This document shows positions 51,871 to 62,815 of a stretch of DNA of 64,000 nt, piece after piece. Numbering within the stretch: the first letter of the stretch is position 1; each line of letters starts with the position of its first letter. A model generated the notes under the pieces. The model was not told the DNA's origin and searched no databases. It saw only the letters and a list, made by a program, of their open reading frames with translations. The position numbers and the translations under genes are program-made. The stretch is taken from NCBI GenBank assembly GCA_946965045.2, contig OX337234.1, forward strand, positions 2,790,001-2,854,000, given 5' to 3'. Source of the stretch: Epithemia pelagica. Its lineage: Eukaryota; Protista; Bacillariophyta.

Positions 51871-53276
51871 ATGGTATCCTTACTGAGGTGCGGCCTTTGT
51901 CGTGCGGTTTGCCTGGTGGGCCTGGGCTTGTGGCTTGGACAGGACCATGAAAAGGCGTCTCACTCGGCCAATTTTGTCGTCCATGCCTTTGTGTCTCCCA
52001 TGGTAGGACCGAGTCATTGCCGTTTTGGAGGTGCTGCTGTTGTGGAAGATCCTGCCAAGACCATGAACCGAGTCGGACCACATCGAGAGGGCGGCCATCC
52101 AATTTCCACCACTCGGCTCGAATTGGGGTTTGTGGACCGAGCATTGGACCGTGTGCAGAATCGGCTCGTCAGTTGGAGTATCAAAACGTATCAAAAAATT
52201 GGACAAGCCTTACCAGAACGACTCCGAGGTCCAGCCAAGCGCATTGCTGTTTGGGCCAAGGGACGGATCACCACCAAGATTGTTTCCGTCTATGACAAGG
52301 TGGGTATTCTTCGATTGGATGGCGCATCCTATTCGGCCCCGAACTATAGCAAAAAGGCCGTGGCGGGAGACAATGTCGACGGACGCACCTTTTTGGCCCA
52401 ACGCAATGGCTTTGTCGCCGTCTTTTGGCGTCCCGAAGGCTTTACCTTTAGTGTCTGTAAGGCGGGTTTGACACCGGATGGCAACTTTGCCATCCAAGGC
52501 CGAGTCAATATAACAGGTGACATGGAGGACGATACCCACTTGTTTATTCCCTCTCGTGTCCCCCAACAAGAACCTCGCAAACGTGATCCCAGCTGGGTAG
52601 AGCACTGGGAAAACAAGGAAACGGGCCAACGAGGCGTGGTGTATGTGTACGACAGTGACAAGTTACGGGCCAACTTACAGGCCACGATTCGAGACTTGAT
52701 TGATACACAGTGCATGGCCATTTCCAGTTCGTGTGGATTTATGCAAGCCTTTCAAGAAATGGTTGTAGAGTTTGCCAATGATGAGGTACCCGTTCTCATG
52801 TCGAGTTGTTCCTTGCTTCGAGTTGTTCCTTGCTTCCCCTCGTGGCGCAGTCGGTGCAGGGTGACATTATGATTTTGACCGCCAATTCCAATTCCTTTCA
52901 CGAGAACAAGGACTCCTTGGTGGGAAATTCCGTGGACGAAACGCGCTTGGTGATTGTGGGATTGCAAGATTTGCCGGGCTTTGGAGATGAAGTGGCAGCC
53001 GGCACCACGGTGAATGCCACCCTAGCCGAAACGGGCATTGTGCAAAAAGTCAATGAAACTCTAATTGCGTCGGATCATTCCATCAAGGCTATTCTCAGTG
53101 AATGTACCGAGTTACCGGGATATACCAACACGTTGCGTGAAGCCTTTGGGCTACCAGTGGTGGATGCCCTGACTGTTTGTAACAGCATGATGCAAGCCTT
53201 GTTACCACGCAGAGGGCTAGGTGAATTTGCACATCAAGTGGCATCGTTTGATCAGATTCAAGATGAAATTTGGTAG
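51871..53276 (+). pseudogene. Asp/Glu/hydantoin racemase-like (two-Cys) protein with N-terminal hydrophobic leader, frameshifted
   Basis: VGILRLD, AISSSCGFMQAFQ, PVLMSS, ILTANS, AILSECTELPGY, GLPVVDA. A 17-bp tandem duplication (52801-52817 / 52818-52834) shifts the frame; removing it gives a 462-aa ORF. Confidence 0.8.
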
Positions 53277-53727
53277 GAAACTCTATCCAGGGCGGGGATT
53301 TCCTACAGTCTGGATTGGTTGCCGACCATGGAGCAAGGTTCACGCTCAATCAAGTGGCCACGGCTCACGTCTATGAATGGTGATGGGAAGGGGAACACTT
53401 CTCCAAGTGGATAAAGTAAAGCAAGGAATATCGTTCGAAGGAGAGCAGATAAGTGTAAGGAACGATAATTTTGATGTATGCTCCTGTGCTTATTCTTCTT
53501 TTTGTGGACAATTGATCGCATAAGCTACTTCTAGAAGTAAACACAATGGACAATAGACGCAGCTTCTCTACGGGGTAGTTATACCCATAGCAAAAGTGTT
53601 GAGAGGGTAGTGGCAACCGACGGACGGACGATCCCACGAGCAGACAGCGAGACAATGGCGGCGAGTCACGATGTGAAGTCGGCTGTCCCTGCAAACGGTG
53701 ACGAATATCAACGACACGACGACAGGG

Positions 53728-55083
53728 ATGAAACCAACCATTGATGCATCCGCCACTTGTGGAAAGGGCGTAACCGCGAATCAGACTACAGATTCGAATC
53801 CACCAAAGTCAAACGCAGAACCACAACAACAACATCCACAGTTTAAGCTCACTGTAACCTACAACGGATATCGATTCAATGGATTTCAAAAACAGCCATC
53901 GCAACAACGATCCATGGTACCACAAGAAGATGGAGCACAGAAATCACAGGAAGCGTCGTCTTTGGAAGAAACCGTTTGTCTGCGGCCACCTCCCAAACGC
54001 CCTCACTGGGAATCTCCTTCGGGGCGCATGAAACGAGTACCCAATACCATTCAAGATTGTCTCGAATATGCAATTTTAAACTACATTCGTCATTCCATGG
54101 ATAACTCCAAAACAACATCAGTTACCACCGATCCAAGTGACAAACAAGCAAAGGCTAAATCTACGATTGCTTCGTCATTTTCCTTGCATGATTTAATGTT
54201 TGCCTTTGCTGGTCGAACGGACAAGGGTGTTCATGCTTTGGGCCAAGTGGTGACATGTCGAATTCCATTTGTTGTGCAAGATTCTACGAATGAATCAATG
54301 GATCAACGGAAGCAGCAACTTTGTGACATGTTGCAAGGCATCAATAGTCGTTTGCCCAACGACATTTCGGTGAGTCGGATTGCCGGCCCCTTGTCCCACA
54401 ACTTGGATCCTCGACACGATGCCGTGTTAAAACAATACAGCTACACCATCAAGTACCATCGAGCATCTTCTTCGGGCAGTGGCGGTGGAGGAGGAGTTCA
54501 CACGATGCGAAATGCGCTGTTAGACTCTGCCTGTTTATGGTTGGTTCCATGGCCATTGCACGATTCGATTTTCCCCTCTCTTTGCCATGCCTTGTCCGGA
54601 ACGCATGATTACACCCGATTTGCGCACCGAGATGTTCGGGACAAATACGACAATTTCATCATGACCATTGACGTCAAGTTTCACATTGTCTCTTGTCAAC
54701 CCACTCCCTTTGGAGGAGAAATTGTCACGGCCAAGTTCTTGGCACAATCCAAAGGATTTCGACGGACCATGGTACGAAATTTGGTAGGTTTTTCGATCCG
54801 AATGGCAACAACCACCCAACACGACTCCTTGCTCAAGGCCGGGTTGGGGCAACAAGACAATGAATCAACCATACGACCGACAAACGAGGATGGGTGGCAA
54901 CGTTTGATTCTTCCCAATCAACATCTGATTGAAGCAGCTCCTGCGAGTGGGCTGTGCCTCGACTTTGTTCGGTACGATCGCGATCACGAGAGTTCCACGG
55001 AGAGCATGTCCCCATCAATGTCCAACTGCAACGTTGCCAGCATGGATGTTGCTGCTGCTTCAGAAAGCTCTTTGCCATTATGA
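53728..55083 (+). CDS. truA: tRNA pseudouridine synthase, TruA/PUS family
   Basis: KLTVTYNGYRFNGFQKQ, FAGRTDKGVHALGQV (catalytic Asp), GTHDYTRF, GFRRTMVRNLVG, APASGLCL. Confidence 0.92.
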   Translation: MKPTIDASATCGKGVTANQTTDSNPPKSNAEPQQQHPQFKLTVTYNGYRFNGFQKQPSQQRSMVPQEDGAQKSQEASSLEETVCLRPPPKRPHWESPSGRMKRVPNTIQDCLEYAILNYIRHSMDNSKTTSVTTDPSDKQAKAKSTIASSFSLHDLMFAFAGRTDKGVHALGQVVTCRIPFVVQDSTNESMDQRKQQLCDMLQGINSRLPNDISVSRIAGPLSHNLDPRHDAVLKQYSYTIKYHRASSSGSGGGGGVHTMRNALLDSACLWLVPWPLHDSIFPSLCHALSGTHDYTRFAHRDVRDKYDNFIMTIDVKFHIVSCQPTPFGGEIVTAKFLAQSKGFRRTMVRNLVGFSIRMATTTQHDSLLKAGLGQQDNESTIRPTNEDGWQRLILPNQHLIEAAPASGLCLDFVRYDRDHESSTESMSPSMSNCNVASMDVAAASESSLPL

Positions 55084-55882
55084 TAATTGGCGTGCAGTAA
55101 ACAGGGATTTCAATGTTGCGTTTGCAGCAGCTATCACTTGGATCTTGGGACGCTGGATACGGAAGTGGATCAAGGCGAGCAAATAATGCAAATGCGATCC
55201 ATCGGACATTGGACGTTCTGCAATTCACTTTGAGAGGTTGCCTCTCTGTCCTTGTTCTCGTTTCGACGACAGAACGAAATTGATTGAACGAGGAATGTCG
55301 TTCTTGCGTACACGTCTATGACGTTTGCTTCGTCATCTATGAGTTTTCTTACTCTTCTTTACGATTCTTCGTTGACAATAAGAAGTTGTCGCTTCTCATT
55401 TTTGCGGAGGCTTTTTAGGCGATACGGAATACGCACGGAGTGGATCTCATTCACAGATCTCAATCACTCGCGATGGGCGAACGCGACTGAGAACTCAATC
55501 TTTGACACTGTGGAGTGAAAAGAAGAGTATTGAGATCGTGTATCGCCTATTGTGTACGAGTATCCGACCGCGACTGAGTAATTTTCTTTCTTGGGAGTGA
55601 CAGAAGTACGACTGTAGAGCAGATAGTACACTTAGTGGTGAAACGGAATTGAAGCTGGTTCGAGATGTCTTCGGTTTGGATCTCACTTCTCGACCTTCAC
55701 CCACAAAAGTGGTGACAGCAAACGAGACGAAATCGAATTTTGCAACGGAGTCACAACGCGAACGAGAGGTTGCTACATTTGCGATCCGACAATTCACTCT
55801 TGTCGTTGTTGCTGTCGTTGTGGCTGGCACTTGGCATCGCATTTGATCTCATTATTTCTGATTTCCTCAAAACGATAAAAAC

Positions 55883-56380
55883 ATGATGAATGAACGAACC
55901 ACTATTTCCATGGGAGTTGCAATCATTGACGATGACACAACGTCTGCGACCCGCAAGGCTGGACGTAGATCAAGAGCTGCCACCATTTCTGGTACCCAAG
56001 ACAATGACTTTTTCTTCTTTCCCTGCTCGACAAACGAGCTTGTGGAGCAAAAGAAAAAGTTTCTCATTTTCCTGAGGATCCTTCTCAAGTACTTGCAACG
56101 GAGAGATCGAGCACGACATGCCGAGGTGAAGGCAGTACTTCGTGAATTTGCCAACTTTATGAGTCGGCGAAGCAGCCTTTCACCCCACAGCCGACAAAAC
56201 GAAGGATGCAGTCTCTTGAAGATGTACAGTCTTGTCAAGAGTTTGGTGTCCGAGACTCAGTGGAATGATGCTCTCGTGGTCCTTCGAATGTTTCTGATCC
56301 AACGCCGTTGTCGTGCTAGTCATGCGGGCAACGCTCGATCCATGAACCGTTGCGCCATGATTTCCTCGGACGGATCCTAA
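55883..56380 (+). CDS. Small helical protein resembling the diatom-type FLxFxxxLLKYL family (RST-like)
   Basis: KKKFLIFLRILLKYLQRRDRARHAEVKAVLREF...VKSLVSETQWNDA; recognised from memory of diatom hypothetical proteins only. Confidence 0.55.
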   Translation: MMNERTTISMGVAIIDDDTTSATRKAGRRSRAATISGTQDNDFFFFPCSTNELVEQKKKFLIFLRILLKYLQRRDRARHAEVKAVLREFANFMSRRSSLSPHSRQNEGCSLLKMYSLVKSLVSETQWNDALVVLRMFLIQRRCRASHAGNARSMNRCAMISSDGS

Positions 56381-57164
56381 ACCATCGTGCCTCAACCTGA
56401 CGATCGACCCCTCAAGATCTAGCTGCATCCACCGGAAGAGCGTTGTCATTTGTCGAATGGCTACCGTGTGGAATTTGACGACTTTTGACTCCCATTTGCT
56501 TTGTGCTGTATTTACTTGTTTTCCTGACAACAAGCGGCATTCCTGTGACGACCATCGTCCAAACAAAGCGATGGTTTCCCCCGTCCTCTAGACCTGGTAT
56601 CAATTAAGCTGGTGCCCCTGATATTGCCAATAGTGCAATTACGTTTTCCTAGCTATCATTCTGGATGTCCTTTGGAGAAAGAAAGTAGGTACCATGGTCT
56701 CTCAAGGCACCATGATCCAAGGCTAAGATTTCACGTAAAAAACCCAAAGTAGCTTGGGTAACTCAATCGTATTGAGCATACTTCGGATTTTTGGGTGTAC
56801 CCTCGGATTTGGGCGTATTGCGGCATGCCTCCCCGTTGCATCCTTCTACTCTTCGCATAAGGGCATTGATCACTAGGTTTGTTACGGATAATTAGATTCC
56901 GGCAGTTCCCACCCCCTCTTATACATTGTTGCGGGGTGTTTGTGTCAAAATCAGAACCCCAAGGAGGCCAACCTGAACCCCTCGTAGCATCCTCGTCGCC
57001 GTGAGTCCACTGACGTTTGTTTTCGGAGAAGCAATGCGGAGTACAAAAATCCGAACAGGGAATGGTACAACTATTTTTATTTCTCTCTTTCCATATTCCG
57101 AAGGACGAGGCTAGAGGTAATCCCATCAGGACATGCTTCCGATTGACCGAACTCTCATTTTTTC

Positions 57165-57775
57165 CTCCTATGCACAGGCCATGACATTTGCCTTCCCACC
57201 CGAACAATGTTGAGTGGTTCGGATCATTCATCCAACGGTGCATTCAATTCATCAATCAAATGATTGATTGAATGAAGGAACGAGTGACGAATGAATGCGT
57301 CCTCGCTTCGACCTTGCACAGACCCTGGCATGTGCCATCGCACTCGAACAGCAATGCCCAGTGGTTCGGATCACCCATCCACTCGTGTGTATTCATTCGA
57401 TAGGTTGATTGATTGATCGGCAAAGAGTGACGAATGAATGCGTCCTCGCTTCGACCTTGCACAGGCCCTCGCATGTGCCGTCGCACTCGAACAGCAATGC
57501 CCCGTGGTTCGGATCACCCATCCACTCGTGTGCATTCATTCGATAGGTTGATTGATCAGTCGATTGAATGAATAAAGGAACGAGTGACAAGTGAATGCGT
57601 CCCCGCTTCGACCTTGTAGAGACCATGAGATGTGTCGTCCCACTCGAGCAACAATGCCGAGTGGTTCGGATAGCCTGGCAATGCGTTCATTCATTCGACA
57701 GATTGATTGATAAATTGAATGAACAAAAGAACAAGTGACAAATGAACGTGGCTTTTCGTACTTGTAGATGATTCA
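57165..57775. repeat. Minisatellite, about 4 diverged units of 143-157 bp
   Basis: GAGTGAC-type anchors at 57282, 57425, 57582 and 57733. Conserved core CTTCGACCTTG...CACTCGA...GTGGTTCGGAT, with length-variable ATTG/GATT linkers. Confidence 0.9.
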
Positions 57776-58042
57776 ACAAAATTATTCGGGACAATATCCC
57801 CATACACACAGGTGCTTCCGACCTGAACATTTGGCAAGCGGTTCGTCCGGCCTGAGCAGTCATGAGATGGTGATTCCTGGCCTTGTAGAGTAGAAGCGTC
57901 GTTGGATGAAGGTATGGAATTCCTTATAACTCATTCATAGACCATGACATTCGTTTTCTCCTAGCCAACCTTGATGTAGATTGAGAGTTACTGACAGATT
58001 CCACATGTCGTGCCGTTTTCTGTTGAAACGCCTTGCATGTAG

Positions 58043-59197
58043 TTAGGACGATGGAACGAGTGAAAACGGTTCCAACGCAGCACGCAATTCCTTGCGCGAG
58101 GCATCCAAACAGTTCCAATGCGTTTGATTGGTTTGAATCAGATCCAGGAGTTGTTCGACGGATTGATTGGTGGCCAAGAGAGGTGGTGGCAAAATGTCTT
58201 TTTCGTCACTTGGTTGGACAGTCATGCTGGCCAAAATCGTCAACAGATCCTTGTCGGGGAAGACGGTCGGTAACAACGACACTGTCACGGCCAAGGGAAT
58301 GGATCGAGGCAATTGTGATCCAATTAGTCCAAACTCCAAGCAGGAGGTCCCAACCTGTAACAGTTTGTCCGCCACGGCATTGTGAGTCTCTTCGCCAGCC
58401 TGTGAGTCGGTACAAGTGGAGGTCACGAGCAACTGCTTACAGCGCTCCAAAACTTGGTTCGCGTCCTCTTGCACTGAGGTTTCTGTTTGAGTCGATACAG
58501 CATGGGAAAGAAGAGTCATGCAAGCATACAATGCCGTGGCCATGCTTTGCCGTGTCTCTTTTGGATGGTGTTGAAACTTGTCAGGTTCCAACAATGCCAC
58601 GGTCGTGTTGGTGGGTGTCGTCGTCGATGGATGGGGGAGAAGGACATCTTCTTGATCGTGCAGCAAGAGGGCATGGGGATGCACGCACGTCAAGATCGCA
58701 TCCAAAGTATCGGGCACAAGAATGAGTTCCGGTGGGTCTGTATTGTTGTCGTTGTCGATTGTGTTTGATGAAGCAACTTGTGCGGCCACCGCCTTGGCCA
58801 AATCGAGTGAGGCACGACTTCCCACTCCACAGACCGTTCCAGCACCCATGCGGGTGTACAAGTCCACTTGTTCATGAACCGAATCGGCCGTAGGAGCTAC
58901 AAAAGAGGAAGCTCCCGGATGAGTTTTGGCATCGCCGCCATGGCCACCTTTGGATACCAACGTTCGCAACCCCATTTGCTGTGCCAAAATGAGATGTACA
59001 TGTCGACCAGCCAAGGTTTCCACCATGCCACTGCTGCTGTTGCTGATGTTGTTGCTATCTTGCAATGGCGACGAAGTATCTGCTTCAATGAGCAAAATGG
59101 GAGAGGCTGCAAACCGACGTCGGTGGGTTTGAATGTACCGACCAAGCGCTTTGACTCCCTTGACAATATCGTGAGGTCCTTTGGCTGTGACGGTCAT
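58043..59197 (-). CDS. Iron-containing alcohol dehydrogenase-fold-like protein, divergent
   Basis: IVKGVKAL, VCGVGSRASLDLAKAVA (cf. GGGSxxDxAKA), LILVPDTL (cf. IPTT); C-terminal metal-binding His motifs not recognisable; start uncertain. Confidence 0.55.
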   Translation of the reverse strand: MTVTAKGPHDIVKGVKALGRYIQTHRRRFAASPILLIEADTSSPLQDSNNISNSSSGMVETLAGRHVHLILAQQMGLRTLVSKGGHGGDAKTHPGASSFVAPTADSVHEQVDLYTRMGAGTVCGVGSRASLDLAKAVAAQVASSNTIDNDNNTDPPELILVPDTLDAILTCVHPHALLLHDQEDVLLPHPSTTTPTNTTVALLEPDKFQHHPKETRQSMATALYACMTLLSHAVSTQTETSVQEDANQVLERCKQLLVTSTCTDSQAGEETHNAVADKLLQVGTSCLEFGLIGSQLPRSIPLAVTVSLLPTVFPDKDLLTILASMTVQPSDEKDILPPPLLATNQSVEQLLDLIQTNQTHWNCLDASRKELRAALEPFSLVPSS

Positions 59198-59520
59198 TTC
59201 CAGAAGTAGTAGTACCACGGGAATAGAGAAGATGTATCCAAAGAACGTTTCGGGTAAAGGCCAATCCTTCTGAGGTTGCTGCGTTGTTCCAAGTTCAACT
59301 CTCTCATGGCGCGCTTCGCTGAGGACATAACTCTCTGAGACGCTAACAACTAGGAGTATCTACTCTACGGTAGCTAGCTCTAGTGGTTGCGTGTCTGGGC
59401 ATGAGTTAGAGGTGCATTAGTTCTAGGTCGAAACCGCAATGCCAATAGTGGTGAAATGTGCAATAGTTTTGCCTCAACAATCACTGAAAAGAAATAGATC
59501 TCTCTCTCTCTCTCGCTCGC

Positions 59521-60792
59521 TTAGTAGTCCGCATCGCCGCCATCATATCCAAATGATTGGTCATGCTCGGTATCTTCTACCGAGTAGTCCACAAAACCGT
59601 CAGGGATAACACCGTTGAGATCAGCGGCAGTTGGACCACCAGGGGGCATCAATTTGGCTTTCAATTCTTCCAGTCCAGGAGTGAACCTTGGCGCAGCACC
59701 TCGTACAGGACCTCCCGTCATCGCCTGAATCGCCTCCGACAGTACTTTGTGCGTCATCATTAGTATGCCGTACGCCGTCATTCCCTTTGAGTCAATGGCA
59801 TCTTTTCGAGCTCCAGAGGCAAGGAGAAGGTCAATCACGGGCTGATCTCTGGGGAAACCCTTATTAGTTGCGTTCCCGGCAGCCGTCTGGGCAGCGACCA
59901 TCAATGGGGTGACAAACGTCTCGTCTTGGCTCTCGAGAGCTGAAGGATCTGCCCGCAAAATGAATTGGATCATTGGAATATTATTCTTCCCGCATGCAAC
60001 ATGTAGTGCCCTGACTCGTGCCAATGACCCACCTTGGCGCATCAATCGAGCAATATCTGCTTGGTACAAATTAGGGTTACCATTGGAAGAATATTGATGT
60101 GGCCGTTCAATGATCTTGCGTATCTGGGCATCCAATCCAGTTAGAGATGGCGTTGTCGGGGCCTCCAGAAATGGTATTGCCGCAGCTTCGTCATGAGACT
60201 TCAACGGTTGTCTCCAATGACCATAAGCCGCCACCAGGAAGCAGTCACTGCCGTTTTTCACAACGGCACTATCCTGGAAGAAACCGTTGCGGAGAAACTG
60301 AATCGCATGGTTTCTACTCTCGGCATTCTTTGATTCCAAGATGTATATACACGAAGAAGTGCTCCATGCACCATACCGGGACGCGTTTCCCCTGATAAAA
60401 GGATGATGCAGCAACTTTCTCAAGGCATACGTCCCCACATTGGAAGATCCATTGGTTCTGAACTCTTGATTTACACGAAGCGAGCTGATGTAAAGAAAGT
60501 CACACTTCATGTCATCGCCTTCTTGCACAAGAGATTGAAGCTTGCTCCTGCCATACCGAGGTTCAAAGAGACTCACGGAAATATATTGCATGTCGGCGCT
60601 TTCGCCATCCATCACAGAGTAAAAGAATCCCTCGGGAATTTTATTTCGGTTGACGATTTTCCCACGAACGGTTCCAGCAAGTTTCCCATTTACGAAAATG
60701 TCAACATGTATTGTCGTCATGGAACCGTACTCTCCATCAGAGTCAAGCTCATGCTGAAGGCTGATGGTTACATCGTGTTCTGCGATATTCAT
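59521..60792 (-). CDS. GNAT-like domain + ankyrin-repeat protein, copy A (423 aa)
   Basis: FLYISSLRVNQEFRTNGSSNVG (GNAT motif A-like); ankyrin repeats ALHVACGKNNIPMIQFIL, TPLMVAA, LLLASGARKDAIDSKGMTA. Confidence 0.8.
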   Translation of the reverse strand: MNIAEHDVTISLQHELDSDGEYGSMTTIHVDIFVNGKLAGTVRGKIVNRNKIPEGFFYSVMDGESADMQYISVSLFEPRYGRSKLQSLVQEGDDMKCDFLYISSLRVNQEFRTNGSSNVGTYALRKLLHHPFIRGNASRYGAWSTSSCIYILESKNAESRNHAIQFLRNGFFQDSAVVKNGSDCFLVAAYGHWRQPLKSHDEAAAIPFLEAPTTPSLTGLDAQIRKIIERPHQYSSNGNPNLYQADIARLMRQGGSLARVRALHVACGKNNIPMIQFILRADPSALESQDETFVTPLMVAAQTAAGNATNKGFPRDQPVIDLLLASGARKDAIDSKGMTAYGILMMTHKVLSEAIQAMTGGPVRGAAPRFTPGLEELKAKLMPPGGPTAADLNGVIPDGFVDYSVEDTEHDQSFGYDGGDADY

Positions 60793-61546
60793 GTTAATAT
60801 GATCAGGAGGTAGACGGGACAAAGGTTGAATCCAAAGAGGTGAATGTGATGAGCGTTGGGTTTTGTTGGCTGTACCAAAACCTCAGCAGAGAGAGAGCAG
60901 ACAAGACAATCAATAAGGTTAGTCACCAACTGTGTTTCCAGTTCAAGGAAAATGCCAACAACTACCAGCAGCAGGAGAATAGACAGAGATGTGATGAAAT
61001 GGTGAGTTTTATAGATTGTGTGTAAGGTTACTTTTTCTTCCCCATCTCGTTGCTGTCGCCCAATTAGGTTATTGTCCCTGTACTAGAGGTACGTAGATTC
61101 TACGTAGATTCCTTCCCAAATGTACTGTGGCTACGTACGATTCACTGATTCCTCTCTCGAATGTACCATAGCTACGTATCCAATAAGCATTCCTACATGA
61201 TGGTGCATTTCCTAATGACCATTGACTCTCACATGTATGCCAATGTTGGCAATCCCGCCATGGTCGAAGGCCTCCTATCGCATATCGCATACGTAGAAAA
61301 CAAGGTAGGTAGTTATGATAGTTGGAGTCTTGTGTGTGGTGTGTGAAGTGTATAGGAGATAGGAAGTGTACTCCTTATCGACTCGATCGGAAAACCTAAA
61401 CCCTGACCTTGTAGGAGAGTCTTCTAGAGATCTAAGGGACAGTACGAGGACTAGGTTGAAACCGCAATGCCAATATTGGCAAAGTGTGCAGTATAGTTTT
61501 GCCTCAACAATCACTGAAAAGAAATAGAACTCTCTCTCTCTCTCGC

Positions 61547-62815
61547 TTAGTAGTCCGCATCGCCGTCATCATATCCAAATGATTGGTCATGTTCGGTATC
61601 TTCTACCGAGTAGTCCACAAAACCGTCAGGGATACCACCGTTGAGATCAGCGGCAGTTGGACCACCAGGGGGCATCAATTTGGCTTTCAATTCTTCCAGT
61701 CCAGGAGTGAACCTTAGAGCACCTCGTACAGGACCTCCCGTCATTGCCTGCATCGCCTCCGATAGTTCTTTGTGCCTCGCCATCAATATTCCGTACGCCG
61801 TCATCCCCTTTGAGTCAATGACATCTTTTCGAGCTCCCGAGGCGAGGAGAAGGTCAATCACGGGCTGATCTCTGGGGATACCCTTATTAGTTGCGGACCC
61901 GGCAGCCATCGAGGTGGCGACCATCAATGGGGTGACAAGCATCTCGTCTTGGCTGTCGAGAGCTGAAGGATCTGCCCGCAAAATGAATTGGATCATTGGA
62001 ATATTTTTCTTCGCACAAGCAACATGTAGTGCCCTGGCTCGTGCCAATGACCCGCCTTGGCCCATCAATCGAGCAATATCTGCTTGGTACAAATTAGGGT
62101 TGCCATTGGAAGAATATTGACCTGGCCGATCAATGATCTCGCGTATCTGGGCATCCACTCCAGTTGGAGGTGACGTTTCCGGGGCCTCCAGAAATGGTAT
62201 TGTCGCAGCTTCATCATGAGACTTCAACGGTTGTCTCCAATGACCATGAGCCGCCACCAGGAATCGGTCACCACCTTCACTTACAAGGGCACTATCCTGG
62301 AAGAAACCGTTGCGGAGAAACTGAATCGCATGGTTTCTAGTCTCCGCATGCTTTGATTCCAAGATGAATATACACGAAGAAGTGCTCCATGCACCATACC
62401 GGGAAGCGTTTCCCCTGATAAAAGGATGATGCAGCAACTTTCTCAAGGCATACGTCCCCACATTGGAAGATCCATTGGCTCTGAACTCTTGATTTACATC
62501 AAGCGAGCTGATGTAAAGAAAGTCAAACTCCATGTCATCACCTTCCTGCACAAGAGATACAAGCTTGCTCCTGCCGTAACGAGGTTCAAAGAGACTCACG
62601 GCGACATATTGCATGTCGGCGCTATGGTCATCCATCACAGAGTAAAAGCATCGCTCGGGGATTTTATTTCGGTCGACAATTGTCCCCCTTACGTTTCCAG
62701 CAGCTTTCCCATTTACGAAAATGTCAACATTAATTGCCGTCATGGAATCGTACTCTCCATCAGAGTCAAGCTCATGCTTAAGGCTGATGGTGACATCTTG
62801 TTCTGCGATATTCAT
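61547..62815 (-). CDS. GNAT-like domain + ankyrin-repeat protein, copy B (422 aa)
   Basis: Close paralog of 59521-60792 with the same motifs; the 3' flank is also duplicated. Confidence 0.8.
   Translation of the reverse strand: MNIAEQDVTISLKHELDSDGEYDSMTAINVDIFVNGKAAGNVRGTIVDRNKIPERCFYSVMDDHSADMQYVAVSLFEPRYGRSKLVSLVQEGDDMEFDFLYISSLDVNQEFRANGSSNVGTYALRKLLHHPFIRGNASRYGAWSTSSCIFILESKHAETRNHAIQFLRNGFFQDSALVSEGGDRFLVAAHGHWRQPLKSHDEAATIPFLEAPETSPPTGVDAQIREIIDRPGQYSSNGNPNLYQADIARLMGQGGSLARARALHVACAKKNIPMIQFILRADPSALDSQDEMLVTPLMVATSMAAGSATNKGIPRDQPVIDLLLASGARKDVIDSKGMTAYGILMARHKELSEAMQAMTGGPVRGALRFTPGLEELKAKLMPPGGPTAADLNGGIPDGFVDYSVEDTEHDQSFGYDDGDADY

Noticed and set aside
55495-55842. 115-aa minus-strand ORF
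   Set aside because: No recognisable motif; lies in the probable promoter region of the 55883 gene.
57165-57775. CRISPR array or tRNA-derived SINE (GGTTCGGATC resembles a B box)
   Set aside because: Units are homologous along their whole length with no unique spacers, no cas genes are present, the B-box match is imperfect, and no A box or cloverleaf is evident.
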